From: Octopus sinensis
Lineage: Eukaryota
Reading direction: 5' to 3'
Length of the DNA stretch: 64,000 nucleotides
NCBI RefSeq assembly: GCF_006345805.1
Contig: NC_043010.1
Coordinates: forward strand, 38,130,001-38,194,000
Below are positions 51,185-63,054 of this stretch, one piece after another. A program made the translations under genes and the position numbers. Positions within the stretch are counted from its first letter, which is position 1. Each line of letters opens with the position of its first letter. The notes below the pieces were generated by a model that made no database searches, was not told the DNA's origin, and was given only the letters and a program-made list of their open reading frames with translations.

Positions 51185-51453
51185 TTATTCTTGTACTTGT
51201 TTCAGTCATTTGACTGCGGCCATGCTGGAGCACCGCCTTTTAGTCGAGCACATCGATCCCAGGACTTATTCTTTGTAAGCCTAGTACTTATTCTGTCGGT
51301 CTTTTTTTTGCCGAACCGCTAAGTTATGGGGACGTAAACACACCAGCATCGGTTGTCAAGTGATGGTGGGGGGGACAAACACACAGGCATATACACACAC
51401 AGACACATTCACACACATACACACACACACACACACACACCACACATATATAT

Positions 51454-51491
<38 letters not shown>

Positions 51492-51655
51492 AACGACGAG
51501 CTTCCTTCAGTTTTCATCTAACAAAAACCATTCACAAGGCTTTGGTCGGCCCGAGGCTATAGTAAAGACACTTGCCCAGGGTGCCACGCACTGGGACTGA
51601 ATCCGGAACCATGTGGTTGGAAGCAAGCTTCTTACCACACATCAACGCCTGCACC
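51185..51655 (-). mobile_element. SINE-A full copy
   Basis: Both halves and internal microsatellite. Confidence 0.85.
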
Positions 51656-51694
<39 letters not shown>

Positions 51695-51697
<3 letters not shown>

Positions 51698-52070
51698 TTT
51701 ATCTTTTACTTCTATCAGTCATTTGACTGGTACAGTTGGGGCACCAGCTTAAAGAGGTTTGGTTTGACAAATCGACCGCAGGACTTTTTGTAAAGCCTGG
51801 TACTTATTCTATCAAACTCTTTTGCGAACCTCTAGGGCATCGGTTGTCAAACAGTGGTGGAGGACAAAAACAGACACAAAGACACAATACATAGATATGT
51901 ATATATACAGCGGGATTCTTTCAGTTTCCCTCTACTAAATCCACTCACAAAGCTTTGATTGGCCTGAAGCTATAGTAGAAGACACTTGCCGAAGATGCAA
52001 CGCACTAGGACTGAGCCCGGAACCATGTGGTTGGTAAGCAAGCTTCTTACCACACAGTCACACCTACACA
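51695..52070 (-). mobile_element. SINE-A older copy
   Basis: Both halves, diverged. Confidence 0.75.
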
Positions 52071-52095
52071 CACACATATATATATATATATACAT

Positions 52096-52149
<54 letters not shown>

Positions 52150-52239
52150 GTATTTTTATGTATGAGAGTACACACATACACACACACACACAAAAGCATC
52201 TATGGTCTTTCCTGTGCCATAGACTCATAATGCCGGTTT

Positions 52240-52771
52240 CCCAGAACTGAGAAAAACATCGGAGGTGTGCGTGCAGCTGTGAGGTGAAATCGTCGAATCG
52301 ACATCCATGAGTTATCAGAGGATGCACAGATGAGTTACGGTTCAGTTCAGTCCATTATTGCTGAAGATTCGGGTATGAGACGCGTGTCTGCCAAGTTTGT
52401 GGCAATCTGCTTTCAGCTGACCAAAAAGACACTCGGGTTTCAGTTGCACAAGATCTCCTTGATTACGTCGAGAACGATGAAAACTTTTTCAAAACTTTGG
52501 CTAAGCCTCTGAGCAGGTATCGTCAAGCTTTTGCTAAAATTTGATGCAGATTCTCTGCTCAACTTTCACTGTCGTTGTCAATGCGACGATCACACGCTAT
52601 ACACCTTCCTTCCAAGCACTGCTGTAAACAGCGGAGAAAAGCTAGAGCGTTAAAACTTTGTACGCACGCAGAACAGAGTTCAAAGTCAATTTTTATCAGG
52701 CGGCTTCACTCTGCGTGCCTTAGCTTCGTTACTATGGCAACAGTCTGGATACTTATTGATCAGATCTCGTA
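52240..52771. mobile_element. Rearranged mariner fragment
   Basis: Plus strand 52240-52500 encodes NRRIDIHELSE...GMRRVSAKFV. Minus strand 52500-52771 carries a TIR (tacgagatctgatcaataagtatccagac) and EQRICIKF. Confidence 0.75.
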
Positions 52772-52774
52772 TAT

Positions 52775-52845
<71 letters not shown>

Positions 52846-53149
52846 CGAGATAGATAGATAGATAGATATAAAAGGAGCAAAAATACTGGAGATTGTATAT
52901 ATATATTTCTCCAAAATTTATCATCGATATATTTATAGGCTGCCATAGTCCCATCTCCTGGATGAAGTATGTTGGTACCTCTTTAAAGCTGGAAGGGCCA
53001 ATATGCTTAGTGAAGACATTTTCCTCATAATTTCAATTTGTAACCGTCTGATTTATACGCCGTCAGTCAAGTATTTGTGACTAGTGTATGCTTACTGTAT
53101 GCTTATTTTTAGCATTGTGTTATGTTATGTGTTGTTTCCATTATTAATC

Positions 53150-53335
53150 GACTGCTTTTGTGGCTATATGGTAAGAAGCTTGCTTCTCAGTCACTTGGTT
53201 TGGGGTTCAGTCCCACTATGTGGCACCTTGGGCAAGCGTCTTCTACTATAGCTTCGGACAGACAAAAGCCTTGTGAGTGGATTTGGGAGACGGATACTGA
53301 AAGAAGCCCCTCCGATATAATATATATATATATAT
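53150..53335 (+). mobile_element. SINE-A head
   Basis: gtggctatatggtaagaagcttgc...gaaagaagcccctccg followed by (TA)n. Confidence 0.75.
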
Positions 53336-53344
53336 ATTTCAAAA

Positions 53345-53550
53345 TGTGACCTCGTGTGTACCGTTGGCGATTTTTTTTCCTTTGTCTTCCCTTCTCTGGA
53401 TCTTTCCTTCTCCTGTGTTTCCGACGAAGAGCTCCGCTCGAAACGTTAAACCCTCCTTCTTTCCTTCTTTCCTGAGCGTCCAATAATACTATATTTGTTC
53501 CACGTCCTCGCATTGTTGTGTTTTTTTTTGTGCTTTCTTGTTTGGATTAA
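53345..53550 (+). mobile_element. PLE-type terminal-repeat fragment with minimal HHR variant
   Basis: CCGACGA-A-GAGC tcc GCTC-GAAACGTTA at 53421-53448. (TA)n on both sides. Confidence 0.55.
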
Positions 53551-53563
53551 CTTTATATATATA

Positions 53564-53610
<47 letters not shown>

Positions 53611-53835
53611 GGTGGCCAGTATGTGTAATAAAGTCAATAGACAACATATTTTCATATAATTTAGTGTACGTTTATTTGCTCGTAGATGCAGAAACTCGAG
53701 TATAAGGGTAACTATTGAAATATTTTATTTTCATTCCCTCTTATTCGTGGTTTGGGCTTTAACTGCCCTTCCAGAAGGTAAGCTGTCCTGTTGAAGGTCA
53801 CCTCTTTTGTGTATAAAAACGCACAGTAATTTATA

Positions 53836-53882
<47 letters not shown>

Positions 53883-53896
53883 TATATATATATAAT

Positions 53897-53927
<31 letters not shown>

Positions 53928-54254
53928 TATATATATGTATATATATATAGAATATTGAGAGGAATGCCCATAAAGTGGACACCCTATATGCTAAACATAG
54001 ACGTTAAATCGCCATTACCACGAAGAATGTGTTCTCAAGAAGAAAAAAATCTCAGCAAAATTTATTAACTGCAGAGTAATTTCCGGCCTCGGCGCTCCAA
54101 AGTGAAGACATTTGAAAAAATACACCCAAATATAATTTGTAGAACTTTATACATGATGGATTTCGGTTGAGTGTTCTCTATCTAGTTCTGGAAATTGTGT
54201 TTTGTAAGCGACAGACTACGCTGATGATCTTGCAGATATCTGCGTGTTTATATA

Positions 54255-54775
54255 CTCTTTTTTTTACTCTTTTACTTGTTTCAGTCATTTGACTGCGGCC
54301 ATGCTGGAGCACCGCCTTTAGTCGAGCAACTCGACCCCGGGACTTATTCTTTGTAAGCCCAGTACTTATTCTATTGGTCTCTTTTGCCGAACCGCTAAGT
54401 GACGGGGACGTAAACACACCAGCATCGGTTGTCAAGTAATGCTAGGGGAACAAACACACACACACACATATATATATATACATATATACGACAGGCTTCT
54501 TTCAGTTTCCGTCTACCAAATCCACTCACAAGGCATTGGTCGGCCCGGGGCTATAGCAGAAGACACTTGCCCAAGATGCCAGGCAGTGGGACTGAACCCG
54601 GAACCATGTGGTTGGTTAGCAAGCTACTTAACACACAGCCACTCCTGCGCCTGTAGATATGGTCGGCCCGAGGCTATAGCAGAAGACACTTGCCCAAGGT
54701 GCCACGCAGTGGGACTGAACCCGGATCCATGTGGTTGGTTAGCAAGCTACTTACCACACAGCCACTCCTGCTATA
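54255..54775 (-). mobile_element. SINE-A full copy with tandem extra head (54660-54775)
   Basis: Near-identical to 55440-55858. The head portion is repeated. Confidence 0.85.
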
Positions 54776-55065
54776 CGTAGATATTAACAAGTGAAACCAA
54801 TGGTACGTAGGTAATCGTTTTTATTTCGTATGTTTTTATTTGTCTTGCTCATTTCTACGTTTTGGCCTTTTGCTGAGATTTTTTCCTTGAGAACATATTC
54901 TTCGTGGTAATGGCGATTTGACGTCTATGTTTAGCATATAGGGTGTCCATTTTAGTGGTCATTCCTCTTAATTTTGTATGTAACACAATTTTTAATCTTC
55001 GGATTTTTAAATATGCTAAGCCACTGGTTTTAATTAACATCAATTTCTAACCTTCTTATTTAACT

Positions 55066-55094
<29 letters not shown>

Positions 55095-55098
<4 letters not shown>

Positions 55099-55385
55099 GT
55101 GTAGCTAGGTGCAATGTAATACCACAAAGGAAAAATTTAATCGTCACTGAGTGTAACTAAGGGTGCCGAAGTACTTACAATGCTAGAAATAGAGTTAAAA
55201 AAACTTTTACTGGTGTAAGAAGAGCGCAATATATATATATATATATATATACACTGACTGGGGAGTTAACCACTCCATGACCGCCACCAGAATCACCAGA
55301 CTAGGCCTAGTTTCGCCTATTCCGTAGCCATCGTCAGGAGTGACTGTTCAAACGGTCGATGGTCTGACTAGTTTCGTCTGTCAAT
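55095..55385 (-). mobile_element. PLE-type terminal repeat carrying two HHR units
   Basis: Homologous to 55870-56066. Contains the HHR pair and is bounded by microsatellite. Confidence 0.6.
55291..55375 (-). ncRNA. Tandem hammerhead ribozymes (one near-complete, one half)
   Basis: GAAACTAGTC ... agtcactc-CTGACGA-t-GGCTA cggaa TAGGC-GAA-ACTAGGCCTAGT-C-tggtgatt. Confidence 0.7.
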
Positions 55386-55439
55386 ATATATATTTTTAGC
55401 TTAAAAATTTATGGTTGATTTTGAGGAATACTAATGCGT

Positions 55440-55858
55440 ATACTCTCTTTTACTCTTTACTCTTTTACTTGTTTCAGTCATTTGACTGCGGCCATGCTGG
55501 AGCACCGCCTTTAGTCGACCAAATCGACCCCGGGACTTATTCTTTGTAAGCCCAGTACTTATTCTATCGGTCTCTTTTGCCGAACCGCTAAGTTACAGAG
55601 ACGTAAACACACCAGCATCGGTTGTCAAGCAATGCTAGGGGGACAAACACACAAACACATACACACACATACATATATATATACATATATACGACAGGCT
55701 TCTTTCAGTTTCTGTCTACCAAATCCACTCACAAGGCATTGGTCGGCCCCAGGCTATAGCTGAAGACACTTGCCCAAGATGCCACGCAGTGGGACTGAAC
55801 CCGGAACCATGTGGTTGGTTAGCAAGCTACTTACCACACAGCCACTCCTGCGCCTATA
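55440..55858 (-). mobile_element. SINE-A full, low-divergence copy
   Basis: From the aaaagagt tail repeats to the aggcgcaggagtggctg head. Confidence 0.9.
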
Positions 55859-55869
55859 TCAAAAATTAA

Positions 55870-56066
55870 TACAGACAGCTTGGTGGAATGTAATATCACA
55901 AAGAGGAAATTTAATCGTTAATAAGAATAATTAAGAGTGCCGAAGCACCTACTTTGTTAGAAATAAGAGTTCTAAATAAAACTTAATATTGTAAGAAGAG
56001 CGCAGTATATATACACGGCCATGGGGCGGTTAACTCCCCTGTCAGTGTATACTGCGCTCTTTTTAC
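55870..56066. repeat. Second copy of the 55095-55285 repeat ending in an inverted junction
   Basis: Arms 55991-56009 and 56048-56066 match 18/19. Confidence 0.7.
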
Positions 56067-57649
56067 TGCATTAAGAGATTTGTGTGTGTGTGTGCGTGTC
56101 TGAGTGTGTGCGTGCGTGTGTGTGTGTGTGTGTGTGCGCGCGCGCGTTTGTGTCTGTGTTTGTCTCCCACCCCACCAGTGTTGGCGTACTTATGTCCAGG
56201 TAATATAGCAGTTCGACAAAGAGATCGATAAAAAATATATCAGGCGTAAAATAATAAAGAAAATATTGGGTACGCGGGGTGGGGGGGTCTATTCATTCGA
56301 CTAAAAATTCTTGAAGGTGTTGCCCCAGCATGGCTGCAGTCTAATGACTGGAACAAGTAAAAAGATAAAAGATGTGCACACACACACACACACACACGTT
56401 GTCCTCCATTTTTTTCCAAGTAGTTTTTGTTAGAAAAAATAGTGCACAACACATTTTTCTTTGCTGTAAATATGTAACTGACCGACGGATGAGTTCTGCG
56501 CTTGTACGGTTAATAGAACAGACGAAGCCATAAATTTTGTAACTTCCACGTTTGTAATCGAATTTATGAGTTACATTGGTCATTATCGACGTGTTCGCGG
56601 GTTAACATACATATAGTTTGTTATTGATAAGAAGCTTTTTTTTTATTTTAGTGCCTTTATAGTACATTATTAATATTATTTTATGGTCTGATGGAACGTA
56701 TTTGGTGCTTTGTTTTATAAGGTCCTTTAATAAGGTGTTCATTTATCCCGTCGTTAGTTTATATTTCATTCTTGTAACACACTTTATGTTGTGGTTTGTG
56801 TGTGTGTTTTAATAGGTTTCGTCTCTGATGTATTTATTGTGTTGTATTCCTGACTTTATTGTTCTATGGCTTAGTCTGTTAGTTTTTGTGTTGATGCTTT
56901 TTTATTTTATATATTTTTACAATTCTCGTTGTTGATTAATGTTTGTTTTATTCAATATATTTGTTTAGCCAGTGCACAGTTTTGTGAAGAAAAACCTAAA
57001 ATGCTCTTCTAAATTAGCATTTCGCCGCTGACATATTTATCTGGGCTGGTTGTTAACGAAGCCTTAGGAGAAATTAAGACAAAAATCTGAGAACAACCTT
57101 TGAAAAACTTGACCTTAACCTGGAAGCAGAGCAGTGCTGCAGGAATGCTTTTGAAGTTCAGCAAGAATAATAAGAAAAGAGTCCTTAATACAATCTAAGC
57201 AAGAAAATTGCAGCAAAGCTGCGTGTGATAGCAGTGTCAGACGGGGCATGCAGACCATCATATCACTTGTTTTATTCTTATCTTTCGTTTTATTTTGACA
57301 TGCGCATTTCGTTTTTATTCTTCTCTTTCGTTTTACGAACCCAGTGTGCACATGTGCATTGCGTGTTCATACTTCTCTTTCCGGTTCCTACTCAAAACTG
57401 TTTATAGATCACAACTATCTCACGAACATGCGATCATTAGGAGGGCTTCGAGCTCCGATGGTTGTGAAAATTAGATGAAGAACAGAAAAAAAGGACCTTT
57501 TTAACAAAGAGGCACGAAAGCTCTTCATCGTAAATCACGAGCTGTGGTTCAACAGGAAGCATAATTAAACCAGGAACAAATTCAATCCCGTCAAAAGATA
57601 AATAATAACACTGCGTAACACGATTTTGTCCTTGGGCAGCAACTGTTAT

Positions 57650-58500
57650 TTTCTGTTTGCCTACTCCTAGAAAGTATGAAAAATGGTTAATATTTCCTTC
57701 AAACTTTGCTTTTCTTACATTTATTCAAACCTCAAAAAATCCCTTTCAACACATAACTATGATGCTCCCCCACTGCTCCTGTTCATGATCAGAGATACAC
57801 ATATTGTCAGCTAATAAGGGACATGTTCAGGTGGCTAAAGTCCAGCAACTGACAAGCAAATCATCGGTATTAAACAGAATATTTGCTATAACGATATTTC
57901 TGCTTCAGCAACACAGCGCTGAATCTGTCTGAAACGTAATGGAAAATAGGTCAGTTTCAAAACATTGATGTCCAGGTAGAGAAAGCAAAGTTTTAAGAGA
58001 ATAGTAGTAATTTCCTTTGATTTCTAGATAGAAGCAAATAGGAAATAACACTTTCTGACCAAAGACATAAAAACAAAAATAATAAAAATTTTGTTACGCA
58101 GTGTAATTTATGCGATACTAGGCAGTGCTACTCATGGCTTCTGATCTTAACTGATTGGAAGTGTTAACTTGCATATTTTTTAGGGAATTCTTTGGGACTT
58201 TAATAATTCAACCCTGGAAACACAAATGTTTCGTTCAGCATCCTTAAACACCCCTTATTCAGGAATCTTTTGAGCGGGATGGGCTTCTCAACCTGAAGAA
58301 AATTCTAACTGGGGCTCACCTGCAAGGTCATGCGCTGTTTATCTTGATATGGGCTCCCCAGGTCGCGTGTATTTGGTTGTGATGCATGCGCCTGTTGTAC
58401 CCTTATCAGACAAGTAATCACGTTGGGTATATTGGGCTTCGTATATTTGTACCCTAACGTCACTTTGATGGCACGCACTGCTCTCTCACTCACTAATAAT
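57650..58500. repeat. Probable interspersed repeat, family unassigned
   Basis: Recalled as resembling a common octopus repeat. Single copy here, so not verifiable within the window. Confidence 0.3.
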
Positions 58501-58509
58501 AACTATTTC

Positions 58510-58975
58510 AAATTTTGGCACAAGGCCAGCAATTTCTGGGGAGGGGATAAGTCGACTGCATCGACCCTAGTATTCAACTGGTCCTTATTTTATCACCCCC
58601 CGCCAAAAAAAAAAAAAAAAGAATATGAGAGGAAAAGTTGACTTCCACAGAATTTGAACTCAGAGTGTAAGGACAGACGAAATACCGTTCAGCAATTTTG
58701 CCCGACGCGCTAATGATTCTACAAGCTCACCGACTTAACTACAACAGCAATATTACTGCTTATAGTAATTCTTCCCAAATTTTAGCAAAAGGCCAGTGGG
58801 TTGTGAAGAGCGGGTGTATGTTGATGATATCGGTTGCAGAACTTAAATGGTTCTTATTTAACGGCCCGCAAAGGGTAAAAAGCAAAGTTGACGATTCGGC
58901 GGGATTTGAACTCAGAACGTAATGATAAGGGTGGGGGATGCCGCTAAGCATTTTGTCCGACGCTCTAACGAGTCT
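58510..58975 (-). mobile_element. Two diverged SINE-B copies
   Basis: gaatttgaactcag...gctaagcattt motifs at 58510-58740 and 58780-58975. Confidence 0.7.
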
Positions 58976-59082
58976 AACTCAATAATAATATATTGAAATG
59001 CGATTCTTAAATGGATAAAGAAAACAAAAAACAAACAAAAAATCTAACTGGAATTGATAGCGACTTCAATCAAAGAATTCTT

Positions 59083-59506
59083 GCACATGCGCAGTGCAGC
59101 GTGTGTTACCGGTAATTTTCTCCAACCCCACCCTCTTTTAATTTCGATTTCATTAGATTCCAAAACTTCCCTGTTGCTTTACGTATTGTGACTAACAACA
59201 AGCAGAACAACATTTCTTTCTATTTCTCCAGCATTAGATCACGCACTTCTGAAACCAAGGTCGATAATCTCGCTGCTAATCCCCGAAATCCCCACCACCA
59301 CCACACACCAGCAAACCCCCACCGCCGCCGCCGCTGCCGCCACCCTGTTGCTCGTTCAGTCGAATATAAAACGAGTGTACAGAAAATTAACCTTGCGCAC
59401 CCAGGTCAACACATACAAGACTATCGTGCGATCACCAACATCACCACCACCCCGTCATCATCATCATCATCATCATCAATCATTAGCATCATTATTGTCA
59501 TCATGA
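59083..59506 (+). promoter_or_regulatory. CpG-rich patch: possible promoter or exon
   Basis: NRF1-like GCACATGCGCA at 59083-59093. Strong acceptor ending at 59231. One frame is open for 90 codons to TGA 59504-59506. Confidence 0.25.
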
Positions 59507-60140
59507 AAATCGTCATCATGATTGTGATCGTCGTCGCCACCATCATCATTATCATTTTCTTCTTCTTCTTCTTCTTCTTCTTCTTCTTCTTCTTCTTCTT
59601 CTTCTTCTTCTTCTTCTTCTTCTTCTTCTTCTTTTTCTTCTTCACCAACGTCATTTTCACCACCAGTAAAATCATCATTACCACCATCATCACCATCATC
59701 ATCATCATCATCATCACTATCATCATCATCATCATCATCATCATAACCAGTAATCATCATCATCATAATTACTAGAACCAACACCAGCACCACCACTACT
59801 AGCATTGCTACCACCACTACCGAACCATTATGATCGTCAACACCATCACCACCACCACCACCACCGCTAACACCATCATCATCATCATCATTATCATAAT
59901 CACCACCACTACCGTCACCATTATGATCGTCAACACCATCACCACCACCACCACCGCTAACACCATCATCATCATCATCATTATCATAATCACCACCACT
60001 ATCATCATAACCACCACTGTTATCTTCATCATCATCATCAACCCTTCTACCACCACCAGCACCACCACTACCATCATCATCACCACCACCACTATCACCA
60101 CCACCATCATCACCATTACAACCACCACCACCACCCTATT
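59430..60140. repeat. Compound (CAT)n/(TTC)n/(CAC)n tract with a ~93 bp internal duplication
   Basis: accattatgatcgtcaacacc... at ~59825 and ~59918. Confidence 0.9.
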
Positions 60141-60365
60141 CACTATCATCGTTGTCAGAAAAGCAATCCGTGTGTCCGAGATTGAAGATATAATTTTAAA
60201 AATAATTCTTAAAAAATAATAACCATATCAACTGTAGTAATTGCTAATTAACGTCATTAATAATATGGCTACGATGTCTGTCCCAGTAGAATATTAATGA
60301 TATTAGAGGGGAATATATAAATTGCCGCTGACTCTAAGCGTCTTTACCGTTGGATATATACATGG

Positions 60366-60416
<51 letters not shown>

Positions 60417-60529
60417 CGTGTATGTGTGTGTGTGTGGTGTGTGTGTGTGTGTGTGTAAGTCATCTAAGAGTCCATAAGTCAAGAAGAAACTGCACTCGTG
60501 TATATGTCAAACAGAGTGGGTACATTATC

Positions 60530-60737
60530 CGAAGTGTACAATATTGTATATAGATTGCGGTCGATCTTACCAATCTGTTTCGCGCTGGTGATTTAACGGA
60601 ATGTTAGGTAACAATCCGATTATGTAAACGTATGCTCGTCAGAGGTAGCTGATTGTTACCTACGACTCTATTGAGTTCCTATTACGAAACCGATTGGTAA
60701 GATCGGCTGTAATGGATATATAATATTGTACACTTCA
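60530..60737. mobile_element. Foldback MITE-like element
   Basis: Arms 60530-60582 and 60685-60737 (~53 bp, roughly 85% match). Inner 12-bp pair taggtaacaatc/gattgttaccta. Confidence 0.65.
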
Positions 60738-61065
60738 GAGAAGATATATATATATATATATCTAGACTATTGAAAAGGTTGTAAGGCGCAACGAAAATTT
60801 TAGAAAAAGAAAATAAGCAGATGAGTGAAAATCGAGCCGGTAAGTGTGTTAAATAATAAGGAACTAAAAGAGAATGACTCTCCCCAGACAATAAAATATG
60901 CTTATATATATATATGTATATATATGGATATATATATACGTTTATCAATTTGTGTTGCAAGATTCCTGATGTGAAACCGTGTGTTATAACAGATATTGTT
61001 ATGTTTCGGGATGGTCTGTTTTCTTTTATTATTTTTTTTTTGTCAGATAGGGAGAGAGGGATAGG

Positions 61066-61101
<36 letters not shown>

Positions 61102-61289
61102 GATGATACGTATACACATTTTGGTATGCATACAACTGTTTAAGTGTGGGTGTATTCAATGTTGAATTGCGTTTTCAGAGTTGCCCATTTCTCGCTTGAT
61201 TCCGCCTTCCATAAATATTAGTCGACTTTATAAAGCAAGTTTCAGAGTATTTTTCGACATTTTGCAATACGCACCAGCATGAACCCACC

Positions 61290-61292
61290 GTC

Positions 61293-61365
<73 letters not shown>

Positions 61366-61651
61366 CGTATATATATACATATATATATAGAGAGAGAGAA
61401 AGAGCAATAAGAAAATGGAGGGGATCAATAGGTGGTATTCATCAACTTTTAGACATTATATTATGTCAATTTATTTATTTATTGACTAAAATGACAATTA
61501 CTACAATATGCATACATGTATAACATTATATATATATATATACACACATATGTCTCTCTCTCTCACTCTCACTATCTCTTTCTCTCTCTCTTTTTCACTT
61601 TGCCATATAGATCCATGTTTGTATATATATATATATATGTTGTGTGTATAC

Positions 61652-61705
<54 letters not shown>

Positions 61706-61787
61706 ATATATATATATATATATATATATATCATATGTATATTATGTGCATATATGTATACATATCATACATGTATATTATGATATG

Positions 61788-61844
<57 letters not shown>

Positions 61845-61889
61845 TACACTCACACACACATGCATATATATATGTGTGTGTGTGTATAC

Positions 61890-61924
<35 letters not shown>

Positions 61925-62019
61925 TATATATTATATATATATGATAATATGTATATACATACACTCATATGTATATTATGTATATGTTAGTATACATCAT
62001 ATATATATATATATATATA

Positions 62020-62066
<47 letters not shown>

Positions 62067-62240
62067 CATATATACACTCACACACACATGCATTATATAT
62101 ATGTGTGTGTGGTGTGTGTATGTATATGTATTTTTATATATGCATGTAGTATATTTGTGTATGTGTGTGTATATGCGTATGTGTGTTTGTGTGTGTGTTT
62201 GTGTGTGTGTATGTGTGTGTGCGTGTGTGTGTATGTGAAC
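61290..62240. repeat. (CTAT)n, (TA)n and (TG)n microsatellite-rich tract
   Basis: Direct reading. Confidence 0.9.
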
Positions 62241-62477
62241 GAAAATCTTTATAGTACTACACTAACGTTTCTTTGAACCGCGCATGACCAGAAACCAAAC
62301 TGAGTGCATGGTAACATCGACAGAAAAACATTTCGAGCAAAACCGCGTTTTATCTCAGCGTTTTCCAAACAACTAACAGATCCACTACAGTTTTTCTCCT
62401 GAAATAATCCGCATCCAAACACACACACACACACACGCAAACAAACAAACAAACAAACAAAAGTTTTCAGAAGCTGA

Positions 62478-62775
62478 TCTTCCGTCGGTTACGACGACAA
62501 GAGTTCCAGTTGATCCGATCGACGGAACAGCCTGCTCTTGAAATTAACGTGCGAGCTGGCTGAGCACTCCACAGACATGCGTACTCTTAACGTAGGGAGA
62601 TTCAGCGTGACACAGAGTGTGACAAGACCGGCTGGCCCCTTTGAATTACAGGTACAACTCATTTTCGCCAGCTGAGTGGACTGGAGCAACGTGAAATAAA
62701 GTGTCTTGCTCAGGTAACGGACTCACAGCCTTATGATCGAGAGCTGAATACCCTTAATCACTTAGCCACGCACCT
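62478..62775 (-). mobile_element. SINE head D + tail I (internal deletion)
   Basis: Reverse complement of the 18845-19165 type. Confidence 0.8.
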
Positions 62776-63054
62776 TACACACGCACAGATGCACAGATGC
62801 ACACAGACACACACACTCACACACATACACACACAAACAAACAAACACACACACACCTACACGCACACGTACACAGCTATTCGTTGACATAGACGACTGG
62901 CTCACCATATTGGTGGAAAACTGCATCAAAAATGCAATACTACAAGAATTGTTTCTCGCAATATTGTTAGCATAACTATCCTTTACATTTTATTGTGTCT
63001 AGGGAGAGCCATTCTCTTTTAGTGTCTTATTAATTTAGTGACTTGTTGATTTAA

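Noticed and set aside
54213-54242. DYADDLA RT-like motif
   Set aside because: It is an isolated ~30 bp match with no flanking RT sequence, too short to call.
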